From: an uncultured Muribaculaceae bacterium
Lineage (GTDB): Bacteria; Bacteroidota; Bacteroidia; Bacteroidales; Muribaculaceae
Direction: 5' to 3'
Length of the DNA stretch: 57,074 bases
Assembly: GCA_910578305.1 (NCBI GenBank)
Contig: CAJTQH010000005.1
Coordinates: 1 to 57,074 of the forward strand
The notes beneath the pieces are model-generated. The model did not search any database. It saw only the letters and a program-made list of their open reading frames with translations, and was not told the origin of the DNA. This document shows, in pieces, positions 1 through 10,379 of this stretch; positions within the stretch are counted from its first letter, which is position 1; each line of letters starts with the position of its first letter. The position numbers and the translations under genes were made by a program.

Positions 1-39
1 CCTGCGAGAGTATCTTAATCTGTGAAGGGATATCTATAA

Positions 40-92
40 AATGCCCGTCACATCCTCGTAATACGTAATGTGTCAGGGGTGTGGCAGGCATT
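40..92. terminator. Imperfect stem-loop downstream of the minus-strand OM receptor gene
   Basis: AATGCCCGTCACATCCT ... AGGGGTGTGGCAGGCATT arms, 30 nt past the stop at 123. Confidence 0.4.
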
Positions 93-122
93 CTATTGCA
101 GTGTTTCGGTGGCTGAGATGCA

Positions 123-2657
123 TTAGAAGCGGTATTGAACAGATGCGATTACTGCACGTCGTCGTATCTGAAACATGTGTTCAGATCTTGAGAGGGTGCC
201 GTAGTTTACGTATTTATAGGAATGTTTGTCAAGCAGATTGTTGGCGGTTAGCGATAGTCTGACTTTGTTGTTCACTTTCCACACGGCTGATGCGTCAAGA
301 AGCAGAAGATTTGCGGTGTTTCCTTCGGGAAAACGAGTGAGGAAATGGTCGGCCCCGACGGTAAACTGTACGTAATCGTTAGGCATTATGGTCATGAATA
401 GATTCTGGTGAAATGTATGGTAGTTGTTTTTGTCTCCGGCGATGCTGAGTTTTGAGAATCTGTATTCGGCATCGTAGTTTGCCGATAGCCAGCTGAGAAT
501 GCTTCCTTTTAAGTAAGGTTTTATACCGGCTGCGACTTGATTATAGGGGATAACTGTGTTGTCGCGCATCGAAGAAGCGGTGGCAATTGATGCATCAGCT
601 TCGAGTCCTACAACCATTTTGCTGTGTCCTAGGCCTTTGCTCAGACCGGCTTTCAGATACCATGTGTCGCTATGATGAAGACGGTCGGCGTATGTGGAAA
701 TAATGAAGTCGTCGACAAACAGCTGGTTGGACATTATAGCACTGCGGCGATAGTTGTAGGTTGCCGACAGATTGGCAAATAACGATTTCATTGGATTGCG
801 ATAGCGGTAAGAGAGTGATGCCGCCACATCTTGAGTGTATTTATCGGGATTTGAGGCTACGAAGAGATTGCGGTAGTCGGATAAGACCGCGACATCGATA
901 TTGAGATATGGCTGTGGCGACCCGAGCCGATATGCCACTGATCCTGACAATTCCGATTTGGCGGTAAGTCGTCGCCATACGTTAAACCGCGGACTGACAT
1001 TTATATAGTCGTGTTGACCGGCAATGGAATAGTGGTACCATTTCAACGGCATACTCATCGACATTCTCCATCCGTTTCTATCATAGTCGACCTGAGGTGA
1101 GACATAGACATTCGACAGGTATGCTTCATGTACACCTCTATTGTCAAAATCACCAAGCCCTGTGAGCATGCTGTTCATGCGGTGGTAGTCAAAATCCACC
1201 CCTGTGGAAAGATAATATTTCCAGAAACGTGTGAGTTTGCCGAATCGAATTTCTGTGATGCTTCTGAAATCAGTGGACGATAGTGTCTGCACGGTGTTCT
1301 CATCGCCCGAAACAAGCAGTCGGTCAGGACGATGGCTGAAAGCATTGTGTGATGTGAGCGTAAACAGTCGTTTTTCGTTGCGCTTCACGAGTTTCAGATC
1401 ATTTTCGGCAGAAAAATGTTTTCGGTTCACACGTTGTGCAATATCATACGAGCCTGTGATTGCCGAGTTTGAAGTATCCCATACGCCTGACAGAGTCAGT
1501 CGGTCTTTCAGAAAATAATCGCGCTTGTTTATCTCACTGTTGAATTGTGCCGACAGGTCATGACTCATGCTGCGCTGTGAGTTGTGTTGAATAAATGTGG
1601 GTATCTGTTGACTGAAGTAGTCGGTGGTAACTCCTGAATGATAGTCGAGCCGGTCGCCCATATAGTTAAGTTTCAGTCTCATTGAGGCGTCGCCGGATTT
1701 CCATGCCGTAATTGCGTTTGCAATCCACGACAGGTTGTCGCGGGTGCGCTTTTCAGAGAGCGGTGCGTTGATTATGTCGGCTGAGATATATTCCGGCCAT
1801 AGCGATGGGGTGTAGTCCGATGAATATATGTCGTTGAAATCATGCTCTTGTATCTCATTGGCAGGATTCCAGCCGGTATTGTCGGCTTTCAGTGTAAATA
1901 TATTTTGAATTTTAGAAGCTATGCGCATGGTGTATAGCGAGCCGGAATAAAGCATTGGTTGCACGCCTGTCGCGGCTTGTGCTACACCTACCCATCGGCT
2001 GCGCGCGTCATCTTTCAGTTTAAGATTTATGCCGGCTTCTTCAGGAAATTCTATGCCTTCAAGAGCCTTTACCGGCTGATGGTTTTCCATAACTTCTACC
2101 GACTTTACGTCTTCGTGCGATATGTTGTTGGTGGCCAGACCGTACTGACCGCCTATGAAGTCATTGCCGTCGAGATAAAATTTATTGATCGGTTTGCCCT
2201 GATACTTTATAGTGCCGTCTTCCTCCACCTTTATGCCGGGAAGCCGCTTGATGACGTCGATAATCGCATTATCCTTGGCATTGGCATATCGCGCCACATT
2301 GAACACGAGAGTATCGCCTTTGGCGTATATGTCAGGTGCTTCCACAATCACATCTTTCAGTTGCGTGGTTTTCTGATTGAGCCGTATGTCGGTCAGATCG
2401 GCCGATATCGGCAGTGTCCGTGATTCATAGCCCATGCATCTTATCGAAATGGAGTCACTGCCGGCCTTAGGCGACAGAGCGAAACGTCCGTTGCTGTCGG
2501 TGGAGGTGAATGCACCTTTTGATTTGACTATGGCTCCGATCAGCGGTTCACCTGAGGCGGCGTCCCTGACCAATCCGTGCAGTCTGCCCGGGTCTGCTGC
2601 CGTTGCCGACAGCAGACCGAGCATTGCATATAGTATAAAAAAGCAGAATCGTGTCAT
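123..2657 (-). CDS. TonB-dependent-receptor-like outer membrane beta-barrel with N-terminal carboxypeptidase-regulatory-like domain (GLPGLI-associated)
   Basis: 844 aa; signal peptide; GLVRDAASGEPLIGA..TDSNGRF domain; plug motif IIDVIKRLPGIKVEEDG; ends in YRF beta-signal. Confidence 0.85.
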   Translation of the reverse strand: MTRFCFFILYAMLGLLSATAADPGRLHGLVRDAASGEPLIGAIVKSKGAFTSTDSNGRFALSPKAGSDSISIRCMGYESRTLPISADLTDIRLNQKTTQLKDVIVEAPDIYAKGDTLVFNVARYANAKDNAIIDVIKRLPGIKVEEDGTIKYQGKPINKFYLDGNDFIGGQYGLATNNISHEDVKSVEVMENHQPVKALEGIEFPEEAGINLKLKDDARSRWVGVAQAATGVQPMLYSGSLYTMRIASKIQNIFTLKADNTGWNPANEIQEHDFNDIYSSDYTPSLWPEYISADIINAPLSEKRTRDNLSWIANAITAWKSGDASMRLKLNYMGDRLDYHSGVTTDYFSQQIPTFIQHNSQRSMSHDLSAQFNSEINKRDYFLKDRLTLSGVWDTSNSAITGSYDIAQRVNRKHFSAENDLKLVKRNEKRLFTLTSHNAFSHRPDRLLVSGDENTVQTLSSTDFRSITEIRFGKLTRFWKYYLSTGVDFDYHRMNSMLTGLGDFDNRGVHEAYLSNVYVSPQVDYDRNGWRMSMSMPLKWYHYSIAGQHDYINVSPRFNVWRRLTAKSELSGSVAYRLGSPQPYLNIDVAVLSDYRNLFVASNPDKYTQDVAASLSYRYRNPMKSLFANLSATYNYRRSAIMSNQLFVDDFIISTYADRLHHSDTWYLKAGLSKGLGHSKMVVGLEADASIATASSMRDNTVIPYNQVAAGIKPYLKGSILSWLSANYDAEYRFSKLSIAGDKNNYHTFHQNLFMTIMPNDYVQFTVGADHFLTRFPEGNTANLLLLDASAVWKVNNKVRLSLTANNLLDKHSYKYVNYGTLSRSEHMFQIRRRAVIASVQYRF

Positions 2658-2662
2658 TTTTT

Positions 2663-3535
2663 TCAGTCGAGTTCGATATAATCGTATGGTAATTCTATCG
2701 GGTCATAGGCGTCGAGCGACGGATTGCCGGCATTGTCAGTCACCGTTACGTGTCCGCCTGTTGTGGCTTCATAGTAGGCATATGGGTTCACGTCGTATCG
2801 GTGCTTAGTATCGTAGTAATCACGTCGACTTACTTTGTTGAAAGGTACTTTGTAGATGGTGATGGGGCGATCTGCCTTGGACTTTATGCCGATGCACTCG
2901 AAAGTATAGTGGCCATTTTCGTCGGTAGCCTTCATGATAAGTCCTGGAAGACCGTACAATTTCCAAGGCCCGTCGGACAGGGGAATATCCTCAGCGTAAA
3001 ATACCGTCCACTCACGGCCACGGAATTTGCATCGGGCACTCTGGCATTCGTAGCCGAGCACGTTTTCAACCGAGTCGGTCAGTTCCCATTCGAGCGACGG
3101 CATGTCTTCATCGTAACGAAACCAGTCAGTACAGATTTTTTCCGTGTGCGTGAGTTTACCTGCCGGATAGTTTTTGTAAATGGTAATGAATTCACCATTA
3201 CTCAGTTTTCCCTCCAGTGCGGCATTGGCTATCTGTTCCTGGCTTGAACGCATTAATATTGAGTCCACGGTGAGATTCTTGTAGCTGGAGAATTTCGACA
3301 GACCGTCAGGGCCTATCTGAAGGAGCATGTTGTCGCTCGATATATTGTCGTTAAGACGTCCGGTGGTATCGACACAGTAGCGGTAATCATAGACAAATTC
3401 CATTGTTTCGTTGGCGAGTGTCTCCGTTTCGGGAACAGAACTTTGATAAATGGCGAGTTGACGGCGGATTATTTTGCCGGAAGCGATTGTTGCCATTACT
3501 GATACCATGGCAAGGATGAGGATGGATTTACTCAT
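2663..3535 (-). CDS. GLPGLI family protein
   Basis: GPWKLYGLPGLIMKA motif, LGYECQSA..FRGREW; start moved to ATG 3535 (MSKSILILA signal peptide) downstream of a promoter. Confidence 0.9.
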   Translation of the reverse strand: MSKSILILAMVSVMATIASGKIIRRQLAIYQSSVPETETLANETMEFVYDYRYCVDTTGRLNDNISSDNMLLQIGPDGLSKFSSYKNLTVDSILMRSSQEQIANAALEGKLSNGEFITIYKNYPAGKLTHTEKICTDWFRYDEDMPSLEWELTDSVENVLGYECQSARCKFRGREWTVFYAEDIPLSDGPWKLYGLPGLIMKATDENGHYTFECIGIKSKADRPITIYKVPFNKVSRRDYYDTKHRYDVNPYAYYEATTGGHVTVTDNAGNPSLDAYDPIELPYDYIELD

Positions 3536-3571
3536 GTCAGTTATGTTTTTTTGAGGTTTAAATTCACGCTG

Positions 3572-3579
3572 CAAAGTTA
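3572..3579 (-). promoter_or_regulatory. Bacteroidetes sigma-A -7 element for the GLPGLI/receptor operon
   Basis: TAACTTTG on the minus strand, 37 nt upstream of ATG 3535. Confidence 0.7.
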
Positions 3580-3607
3580 ATCCGGCGGTTGCCCCATCGC
3601 CGAAAAT

Positions 3608-3650
3608 AATCATTACTCAAACATTATGGAATTATTACTAAATTATTACT
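3608..3650. promoter_or_regulatory. Four 11-bp-period direct repeats, likely OmpR/PhoB-type operator
   Basis: AATCATTACT 3608, AAACATTATG 3619, AATTATTACT 3630, AATTATTACT 3641. Confidence 0.6.
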
Positions 3651-3711
3651 GTCAGGCAAATAGATTGATATAAACGATGCCCGACTGTATGTAATTTTGT
3701 AAATTCGCAGC

Positions 3712-5202
3712 ATGGAAAAACGTATTAAAGCACTCTACATCATTACAATTATTGCCATCCTGTTATTTCTCGGGATGCAGTTTTACTGGCTGTACGGCCG
3801 CTATGAGTTTTCACTCAAGGATTATGAACGTAATCTTGCGGATCGGATTGTCCATTGTGTGGATGAATATAATGAAATACGTAACCAATCCAATGCCAGC
3901 AGCCTGGATTATACTAAAAGCCCGGATTCAAGTGAAATAATAATGCCCACATTCAGCCTGTCGCAACATTATGGCGATACGGTAAAGACAACTCGTAAGA
4001 TCACGATACTGACCTATAAGTATTCCGCATACGAGCTTCTTGGTATTGAGCCCGGCACGCCTCTTACACCGAAGATAAAAGAAAAAGCCATAGAGTTGGC
4101 CTATGCGCTAAAAACACAGCCAGTAGATTCGGTGGTCTACGATGCTTCAGGTGCGAGAGATGAAAACGAGTCTTGGGCCGCAGCTAAAAGTATCCAGATC
4201 GAGCGAAAGTGTCCGTTCACAGCCGAAGGCGTTGACTCCATATTAAATAAAGCCGATATAAGAGCACAAATCACTCTGAGTAAAGCCGACAGTATGGTAT
4301 GGAATTCAACGGTTGAATATCATAAATCGGCCTTAAGACCTAACCTGACGGTAACAGTTCCTTATACTCAGTTGGAAGGGCAGACTGTCACTATTGTCTG
4401 TGCCATCAGTCCGCTCGATGTGTTGCCGGGCATGTGGCAGACACTCATCATATCGGCAGTCATCTCTACCTTACTTATTATGTGTCTTGTATTGCAGTTC
4501 ACAACAGTGCTGAAACTCTCGCGTCTCGACAAGATGCGCAATAGTTTCATCACCACAATGATTCATGAACTGAAACGACCTATTTCGACGCTTAAGATGT
4601 GTGTTTCGGGGCTGGATAACGAGCGAATGATGGCCAATCCGGAAATAAAGAAGGAGATGCTGACCGAAACAAGGACGGCACTCGACAGCCTGTCGGCATA
4701 TTTCTCAATGCTGAGGGATATCACATTCAATGATGTAGAGCAGATACCTCTGAATATTCAGAGCGTCAATCTACATGATCTGTTTGATAACGTGTCGTCG
4801 GCAATCGTGATTCCAGCCGATAAGTCGGTGGTGATCAATAATGGTATAGACCGTGCGGTTGAAGTATCTGTCGACCGCTCACATTTCTACAACATACTGA
4901 ACAATCTTGTGGAAAATGCCGTAAAGTATTCCGGCTCGTCTGTCGAAATAAGTGCTACTGCATCGGAAAGCAACGATAGCGTCGAGCTTCATGTCTGCGA
5001 TACTGGCAACGGTATTGCCTCAGGCGATCTGAAGCATATATTCAAGCGATTTTACCGTGGGCGGTCGTCGGTGGCAGAGCAGCCCGGCATTGGGCTTGGT
5101 CTTGCGTATGTGAAGTTGCTGATCGATGCTCATGGCGGCGATATATCCGTGAAGAGTAAGGAGGGGGAAGGAACGTGTTTCACCATCATACTGCCGCAGT
5201 GA
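3712..5202 (+). CDS. Sensor histidine kinase
   Basis: Two TM segments; H-box TMIHELKRP; N-box NLVENAVKYS; G-boxes DTGNGI and GIGLGLA. Confidence 0.95.
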   Translation: MEKRIKALYIITIIAILLFLGMQFYWLYGRYEFSLKDYERNLADRIVHCVDEYNEIRNQSNASSLDYTKSPDSSEIIMPTFSLSQHYGDTVKTTRKITILTYKYSAYELLGIEPGTPLTPKIKEKAIELAYALKTQPVDSVVYDASGARDENESWAAAKSIQIERKCPFTAEGVDSILNKADIRAQITLSKADSMVWNSTVEYHKSALRPNLTVTVPYTQLEGQTVTIVCAISPLDVLPGMWQTLIISAVISTLLIMCLVLQFTTVLKLSRLDKMRNSFITTMIHELKRPISTLKMCVSGLDNERMMANPEIKKEMLTETRTALDSLSAYFSMLRDITFNDVEQIPLNIQSVNLHDLFDNVSSAIVIPADKSVVINNGIDRAVEVSVDRSHFYNILNNLVENAVKYSGSSVEISATASESNDSVELHVCDTGNGIASGDLKHIFKRFYRGRSSVAEQPGIGLGLAYVKLLIDAHGGDISVKSKEGEGTCFTIILPQ

Positions 5203-5879
5203 TGAAAGCTATAAGAATACTTCTGGTCGATGATGATCTGAAAAACTCAATGCTGCTCAAACGCTTCATAGAGGCAGAGGGATATGAGGTGATATATGCC
5301 AACAATGGCAGGGTGGGGCTGGAGATGTACAGAGAGTCGCATCCCGATCTGATACTGCTTGATATAAATATGCCTGAACTCGACGGATTTGAGATGGCCC
5401 GTATTATCCGGCAAAACGACCGAAAGGTGATCATATTCTTTCTAACCGACCGTACTGACAAGGTAGACCGTCTGCATGGCTTTTCGCTTAAAGGCAACGA
5501 CTACATCCCTAAACCGTTTTATCCCGAGGAACTTATGGCAAAAATCAATGAGCGCTTCGAGAGTATGACAGTGAATCACGATGTGGAGTATATGTTGGGC
5601 GACACCATATTCAGGCCCAATCTATCGTCACTCACTTATAACGGTGAGACGCATTCGCTGTCGGTGCGGCAGACTGAGATCCTGTTGATGCTTGCTGAGA
5701 ATGCAGGCATGCCGGTGGAGCGAGATCTGATACTTGAAAAGATATGGGGCGATGCAAGTTATTCAAATTCACTTGCACTGAATGTGCAGATTTCATACAT
5801 ACGCAGGCTTATTGCCGATCCGGCCGTTACAATATCGTCGATAAAGAAGAAGGGATATATATTATCGGTCAGTCGGTAA
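5202..5879 (+). CDS. OmpR-family response regulator
   Basis: ILLVDDD, LLDINMP, KPF receiver motifs plus winged-helix C-terminus; ATG overlaps the kinase stop. Confidence 0.95.
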   Translation: MKAIRILLVDDDLKNSMLLKRFIEAEGYEVIYANNGRVGLEMYRESHPDLILLDINMPELDGFEMARIIRQNDRKVIIFFLTDRTDKVDRLHGFSLKGNDYIPKPFYPEELMAKINERFESMTVNHDVEYMLGDTIFRPNLSSLTYNGETHSLSVRQTEILLMLAENAGMPVERDLILEKIWGDASYSNSLALNVQISYIRRLIADPAVTISSIKKKGYILSVSR

Positions 5880-5933
5880 AATGTACTGAAAGAGATTTCC
5901 GGCCCGCAGTGTGATAAAATCCAAAAATATGTG

Positions 5934-5941
5934 TAACTTTG
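5934..5941 (+). promoter_or_regulatory. Sigma-A -7 element upstream of a long structured leader
   Basis: TAACTTTG followed by CG. Confidence 0.65.
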
Positions 5942-5989
5942 CGACTGCAAGCCATTGGTTTGTACGATATTTTGGAATTATAAGAGGCG

Positions 5990-6134
5990 TTATGCTCATC
6001 TTGCGACTTGAAAACCTGAGAAACTTTCTGTTGGGCAAGGATAGCATAGTGGCTCTCACGCGTATAGCGTGGGCTGCTATTGTTGTATCTGCTCACAGGC
6101 TTTCTCAGGGCCTTCAAGTCGGGACGTGGCATAG
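5990..6134 (+). ncRNA. Long imperfect hairpin, candidate cis-regulatory leader or sRNA
   Basis: Nested stems CGACTTGAA/TTCAAGTCG, CCTGAGAAA/TTTCTCAGG, CTGTTGGGCA/TGCTCACAG, CACGC/GCGTG. Confidence 0.6.
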
Positions 6135-6258
6135 TTGGCTCACGTTTTCTTTTTCATTCACATCCGTATAGAGCCGTGCGGATAGGATATAATACACAAT
6201 TGTCATTTTTTTTTCGAAGCGGGAATGTGACAAAACATACATAATAAGCGTCAGATAT

Positions 6259-7143
6259 ATGGATATGAAAACAATACGGATCATCACATTATCATTCATG
6301 CTGCTCGGCATTGTGCTTTCGGCGGAAGCAAAGGGGCGTACGGAATATCCGCGTGCTGAAATCAAGGTAGGCTATAATTATCATCATCTCGCACTGCGCA
6401 ACGATGGCGAAGTTTTGACACTTGACTATGACTATCTGCTGCTTGCCAATACAGAATGTTCGAAATACTACAACCGTAACAATGAGTATCTCGACTCGCT
6501 TCAGTCGACTCCGCAGGGTAGAAAACTGCACCATCAGCTTATATCGATCGGAGTGGAACAATATCTTAAAACAGGCGATGATTCAGCCATACCGCATAAA
6601 AAGGGGAATTTGTACGTCTTAAAGTCGCATAAAGACGGCATCACAACGGTGTATGACAAATACGGACTTACCGAACAGGGTTATTACAGCGAGCCATTCA
6701 CGGAAATAGAGTGGACTATAACTGATTCGGTGAAAGATGTGCTTGGATATGATTGTGTTATGGCGGAAACTGACTATCACGGACGCCACTGGTCGGTGTG
6801 GTTTGCGCCAGATATTCCGCTACAGGACGGCCCTTGGAAATTTAGCGGACTGCCGGGGTTGATTCTTGAAGCGACAGATTCATCCGGGCAGCACCGTTTT
6901 ACGGCTACCGGCTTGGAAAAAAGCAATATGGAAATGTATCCTATCTGCCAGCCTGAGAAATACGATAAAATGAATCGTCGGGATATGCTGAAAGCGTATG
7001 CCGCATATCTGAAAGGTTCCGAGGCGTATTCGAGAGCCATGATAATGGATACCCCCGACGGAAGTAGGCACGATATGAATGCTCCGGCGGCACCGAAAGC
7101 AAATACACAAAATATTGATTTCCTGGAAACAGACTATCATTGA
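6259..7143 (+). CDS. GLPGLI family protein
   Basis: GPWKFSGLPGLILEA motif; signal peptide; paralog of 2663-3535. Confidence 0.9.
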   Translation: MDMKTIRIITLSFMLLGIVLSAEAKGRTEYPRAEIKVGYNYHHLALRNDGEVLTLDYDYLLLANTECSKYYNRNNEYLDSLQSTPQGRKLHHQLISIGVEQYLKTGDDSAIPHKKGNLYVLKSHKDGITTVYDKYGLTEQGYYSEPFTEIEWTITDSVKDVLGYDCVMAETDYHGRHWSVWFAPDIPLQDGPWKFSGLPGLILEATDSSGQHRFTATGLEKSNMEMYPICQPEKYDKMNRRDMLKAYAAYLKGSEAYSRAMIMDTPDGSRHDMNAPAAPKANTQNIDFLETDYH

Positions 7144-7215
7144 TTTTTTCGACAGATATTGTTGAGTTTTAAATCTATTGTGTGTCATTATTAAAATGAC
7201 CAATTATTACAGATT

Positions 7216-9315
7216 ATGAAGAAGTATATTTATACATTGCTATTGATTCCCTCGATTGTTACGGCCCATACGGTAGAGCCTGATTCAAGCGGAATGCAGG
7301 AACTTGGCGAAGTAGTGGTTGAGGGCCGTACACAGCGGGTGGTGAAATTCGGAGTGGAATACATACCGGATAAAAAGACTAAGAAAACGGCTTTGGATGC
7401 GACCAATCTGCTTTTGCAGATGCAGGTGCCGCAACTCAATGTTGCGCCTGGCTCTACGGCCGTAAAGACTGCCAGTGGCAAAGATGTGGCTATGTATATA
7501 GATTATGTACCTGCATCAGAGCAGGACTTACAGGGATTGAGGCCGGAAGATGTGTTGCGTGTGGAAGTGCTGAATTATCCCGACGATCCTCGGTTTCAGA
7601 GCGCGCCACATGTAGTGAATTTCATAATGCAGCATTACGAGTGGGGCGGATATACCAAAATATCGGCTTGGGGCCGTACGCTTGCCGACAATAAGGTGTG
7701 TGGCGATGTGTATTCAAAATTTGTATATAAGAAGTGGACTTTTGATGCCAGTGCGAGTGCTGAGTGGAGTCATCTGGGACGATACCATACGGGGCAGACA
7801 CAGACATTCAGGGACATAATGTATGGCGGTAATCACTACGATGAGGTGACACGCCGTTCGGTGGCGGGAAACGATTATCTCCAGCGAACAAATAATCAGT
7901 GGACTTCTTTTCGTGCGACATATCGCAACGATGTCAGTTATGTGCAGCATCAGATATCGTTCGGACGCAGTGCAATGCCGATTGTCAGAAACGGTTCGGA
8001 GGTAGCGTTTACTGAGAATTTTTTGCCGAGTTCGTCGGCTATCGACATTAATTCCTCTCAGTCGCTCTATCCGAATCTGTCGGGCTATTATCAGTTTATT
8101 TTGCCTAAAGGCAATTCGGTAGTGGCCTCATGGAACTTCACATACGGCTCTACAAAGAGCAATGCATTTTACCGTTTGTCGGACATGGCCCCGATTGTCA
8201 ACGACAATAAGGAGAAAATCTATTCACCGACAGCACAGTTGCAATATTCCAAGAAATTTTCACACGACAACACGTTTCGTACGGCTCTGATGACATATAA
8301 TACCCTATACGATACGGACTACTCGGGATCTTATGACGGCCGTCAGAAACTGCTGTCGTCGGAAAATATGCTGTTTTTGGAATATATGCAGAATTGGTCT
8401 ACGGGCTTGAGCCTGTATTCACGTGTCGGAGCATCGTATGTGGTAGGGCGTGTCAATGGTGTGAATGTGCTTGAGCAGTGGAATCCTCGACTCGGTCTTC
8501 AACTTGAATATCAGATCAGCGACAAGCATTCGGCAACTATCGAAGGATGGTGGGGCAATTCACATCCACAGGCATCCACGGCCAATGAAGCTCTTGTGCA
8601 GAACAATGAATTGCTGTGGCTTCAGGGCAATCCGCATCTGAGAAACACGTTGTTTGCGTCTGCATCAGCTTCATATACGTATATACCGACCAATAAACTT
8701 TCGCTTTCGGCCACTTTGGAATATGAAGGGAATCCTAATAAGCAGGCTTATGAATTTTATAACCTTTCCGGAATAGACGGCCTTGTAAGACGCACTGTCA
8801 ACAGCGGTGACGCACACTCATATTCCGCATGGTTGTCGGCAAATCTCCGACTGCTTGCCAATACGCTTACGTTTCGTGTCAACGGACAGGCCCAGCGGGT
8901 GGTACTGACTGGTTGCGACCGCCAGTCGATGAATTTCCTGTTTGCAAGTGTGTATGCTCAGTATGCACGCGACAACTGGTCGGCGATGCTGTTTTATCAG
9001 TCGCCTCAGAAGCAGTTGAGCGCATGGTCAAATGGTGCCAGGACAAGTTTTAAGAGCACATACGGACTATTTCTGAATTATAATGTGGGAGATCTGAAAG
9101 TTGGGCTACAGTTCCGTAACTGGTTTAACCGCAACGGATATGCCACAACTGTATTCCGTTCGCCACGCTATGACGAATCGGCTGAGATATGGAATGTGGA
9201 TCTGTCACGAAGTATAAGGCTTACTCTTACCTACACCATATCTTATGGCAAGAAAGTCAACCGTGGAGGTGAAATCCAGCAGGGCAGTGGAGTAGGAAGT
9301 GCAATATTGAAATAA
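7216..9315 (+). CDS. Outer membrane beta-barrel protein (TonB-receptor-like)
   Basis: Signal peptide, ELGEVVVEG TonB-box-like motif, GNPHLR motif, aromatic-rich strands. Confidence 0.8.
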   Translation: MKKYIYTLLLIPSIVTAHTVEPDSSGMQELGEVVVEGRTQRVVKFGVEYIPDKKTKKTALDATNLLLQMQVPQLNVAPGSTAVKTASGKDVAMYIDYVPASEQDLQGLRPEDVLRVEVLNYPDDPRFQSAPHVVNFIMQHYEWGGYTKISAWGRTLADNKVCGDVYSKFVYKKWTFDASASAEWSHLGRYHTGQTQTFRDIMYGGNHYDEVTRRSVAGNDYLQRTNNQWTSFRATYRNDVSYVQHQISFGRSAMPIVRNGSEVAFTENFLPSSSAIDINSSQSLYPNLSGYYQFILPKGNSVVASWNFTYGSTKSNAFYRLSDMAPIVNDNKEKIYSPTAQLQYSKKFSHDNTFRTALMTYNTLYDTDYSGSYDGRQKLLSSENMLFLEYMQNWSTGLSLYSRVGASYVVGRVNGVNVLEQWNPRLGLQLEYQISDKHSATIEGWWGNSHPQASTANEALVQNNELLWLQGNPHLRNTLFASASASYTYIPTNKLSLSATLEYEGNPNKQAYEFYNLSGIDGLVRRTVNSGDAHSYSAWLSANLRLLANTLTFRVNGQAQRVVLTGCDRQSMNFLFASVYAQYARDNWSAMLFYQSPQKQLSAWSNGARTSFKSTYGLFLNYNVGDLKVGLQFRNWFNRNGYATTVFRSPRYDESAEIWNVDLSRSIRLTLTYTISYGKKVNRGGEIQQGSGVGSAILK

Positions 9316-9319
9316 ACCT

Positions 9320-9805
9320 ATGTACATGAAAAAGAGTGTTACATGGAGCAATGTTTCGGTGATTATCACTGTGGTAGTCATGTGCATATTGGTGTGTGGA
9401 ATGATCTTTAGCCGTGACAAGCAGCCTGAATACACGGTATTTGCCGTAATGATCGCGCTTGTCATTATAGTCATGTGGTATTATTCACCAGTATCAGTGA
9501 CGGTGGACGATCGGGCTGTTGTGGTTAAAAAACGCATTTCCGTGAAGACCATACCTATTTCATCCATAGAGTCTGTAGCTCCGTTTACTCCTTCGCCGTG
9601 GGTCAATCAGCGTATGTGTGGAAGCGCCGGATTTGCCGGATATTGGGGCTGGTTTGCAGATTCGGATATCGGCAGATATTTCGGATATTTCGGACAGACA
9701 TCCGATTGCTTCCTTTTGCAACTTAAAAACGGTCGCCGCTATGTACTTGGATGCGATGACTCGCCATCGGTGGTTTCTTATATTTCCGATCTAATTGTTA
9801 AGTGA
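9320..9805 (+). CDS. Membrane protein with bacterial PH domain
   Basis: Two TM helices then RMCGSAGFAGYWGWF motif and LKNGRRYVLGCDD. Confidence 0.75.
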   Translation: MYMKKSVTWSNVSVIITVVVMCILVCGMIFSRDKQPEYTVFAVMIALVIIVMWYYSPVSVTVDDRAVVVKKRISVKTIPISSIESVAPFTPSPWVNQRMCGSAGFAGYWGWFADSDIGRYFGYFGQTSDCFLLQLKNGRRYVLGCDDSPSVVSYISDLIVK

Positions 9806-9877
9806 ACTCCGTTATGGCTGATTTTTATCGTTTTAGGTATAGATAATCAATCATATAAAACAGATGTATTATAAGTT

Positions 9878-10345
9878 ATGAAACGAAAAGTGAGATTGAG
9901 CAACTACTCGGTTATTTTGTCGGGGAGCATTCTGATAATACTCCTTGTTGTACTATATTGTTCTGACAATGCCTGGAGCATAGGGACCATGAGTGCGATA
10001 TTGATTGTATGGTGTGCTTTGGCGTTGATCTATATGCCCATGTCGATAAGTGTAGACAATAAAGAACTGAGTGTAAACCGGTCGTTGTGGATTAAACGTA
10101 TCCCATTGGCAGAAATAAGTTCGATAGAATCTGTGCAACCCTCCGGATGCCGGATGTGTGGAAGTGCCGGATGGTTTGGTTATTGGGGATGGTTTCGAGA
10201 CAGCTCTCTCGGCAAGTATTTCGCGTTTTATGGCAAGACCTCCGATTGTTTTTTTGTACGGCTCAAAAACGGCAAGCAATACATGCTGGGCTGTGACGAT
10301 CACGAGGCTATAATATCGTTTGTGTCTGACCGTATTGCCATGTGA
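9878..10345 (+). CDS. Membrane protein with bacterial PH domain (tandem paralog)
   Basis: RMCGSAGWFGYWGWF and LKNGKQYMLGCDD match the previous gene. Confidence 0.75.
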   Translation: MKRKVRLSNYSVILSGSILIILLVVLYCSDNAWSIGTMSAILIVWCALALIYMPMSISVDNKELSVNRSLWIKRIPLAEISSIESVQPSGCRMCGSAGWFGYWGWFRDSSLGKYFAFYGKTSDCFFVRLKNGKQYMLGCDDHEAIISFVSDRIAM

Positions 10346-10379
10346 AAACGTATATACGAATTATATGAATATAAAACCG

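Noticed and set aside
6200..6233. TTGTCA..TGACAA inverted repeat with a T9 tract as invertible or phase-variable promoter
   Set aside because: Arms are only 6 bp, no promoter inside and no invertase nearby
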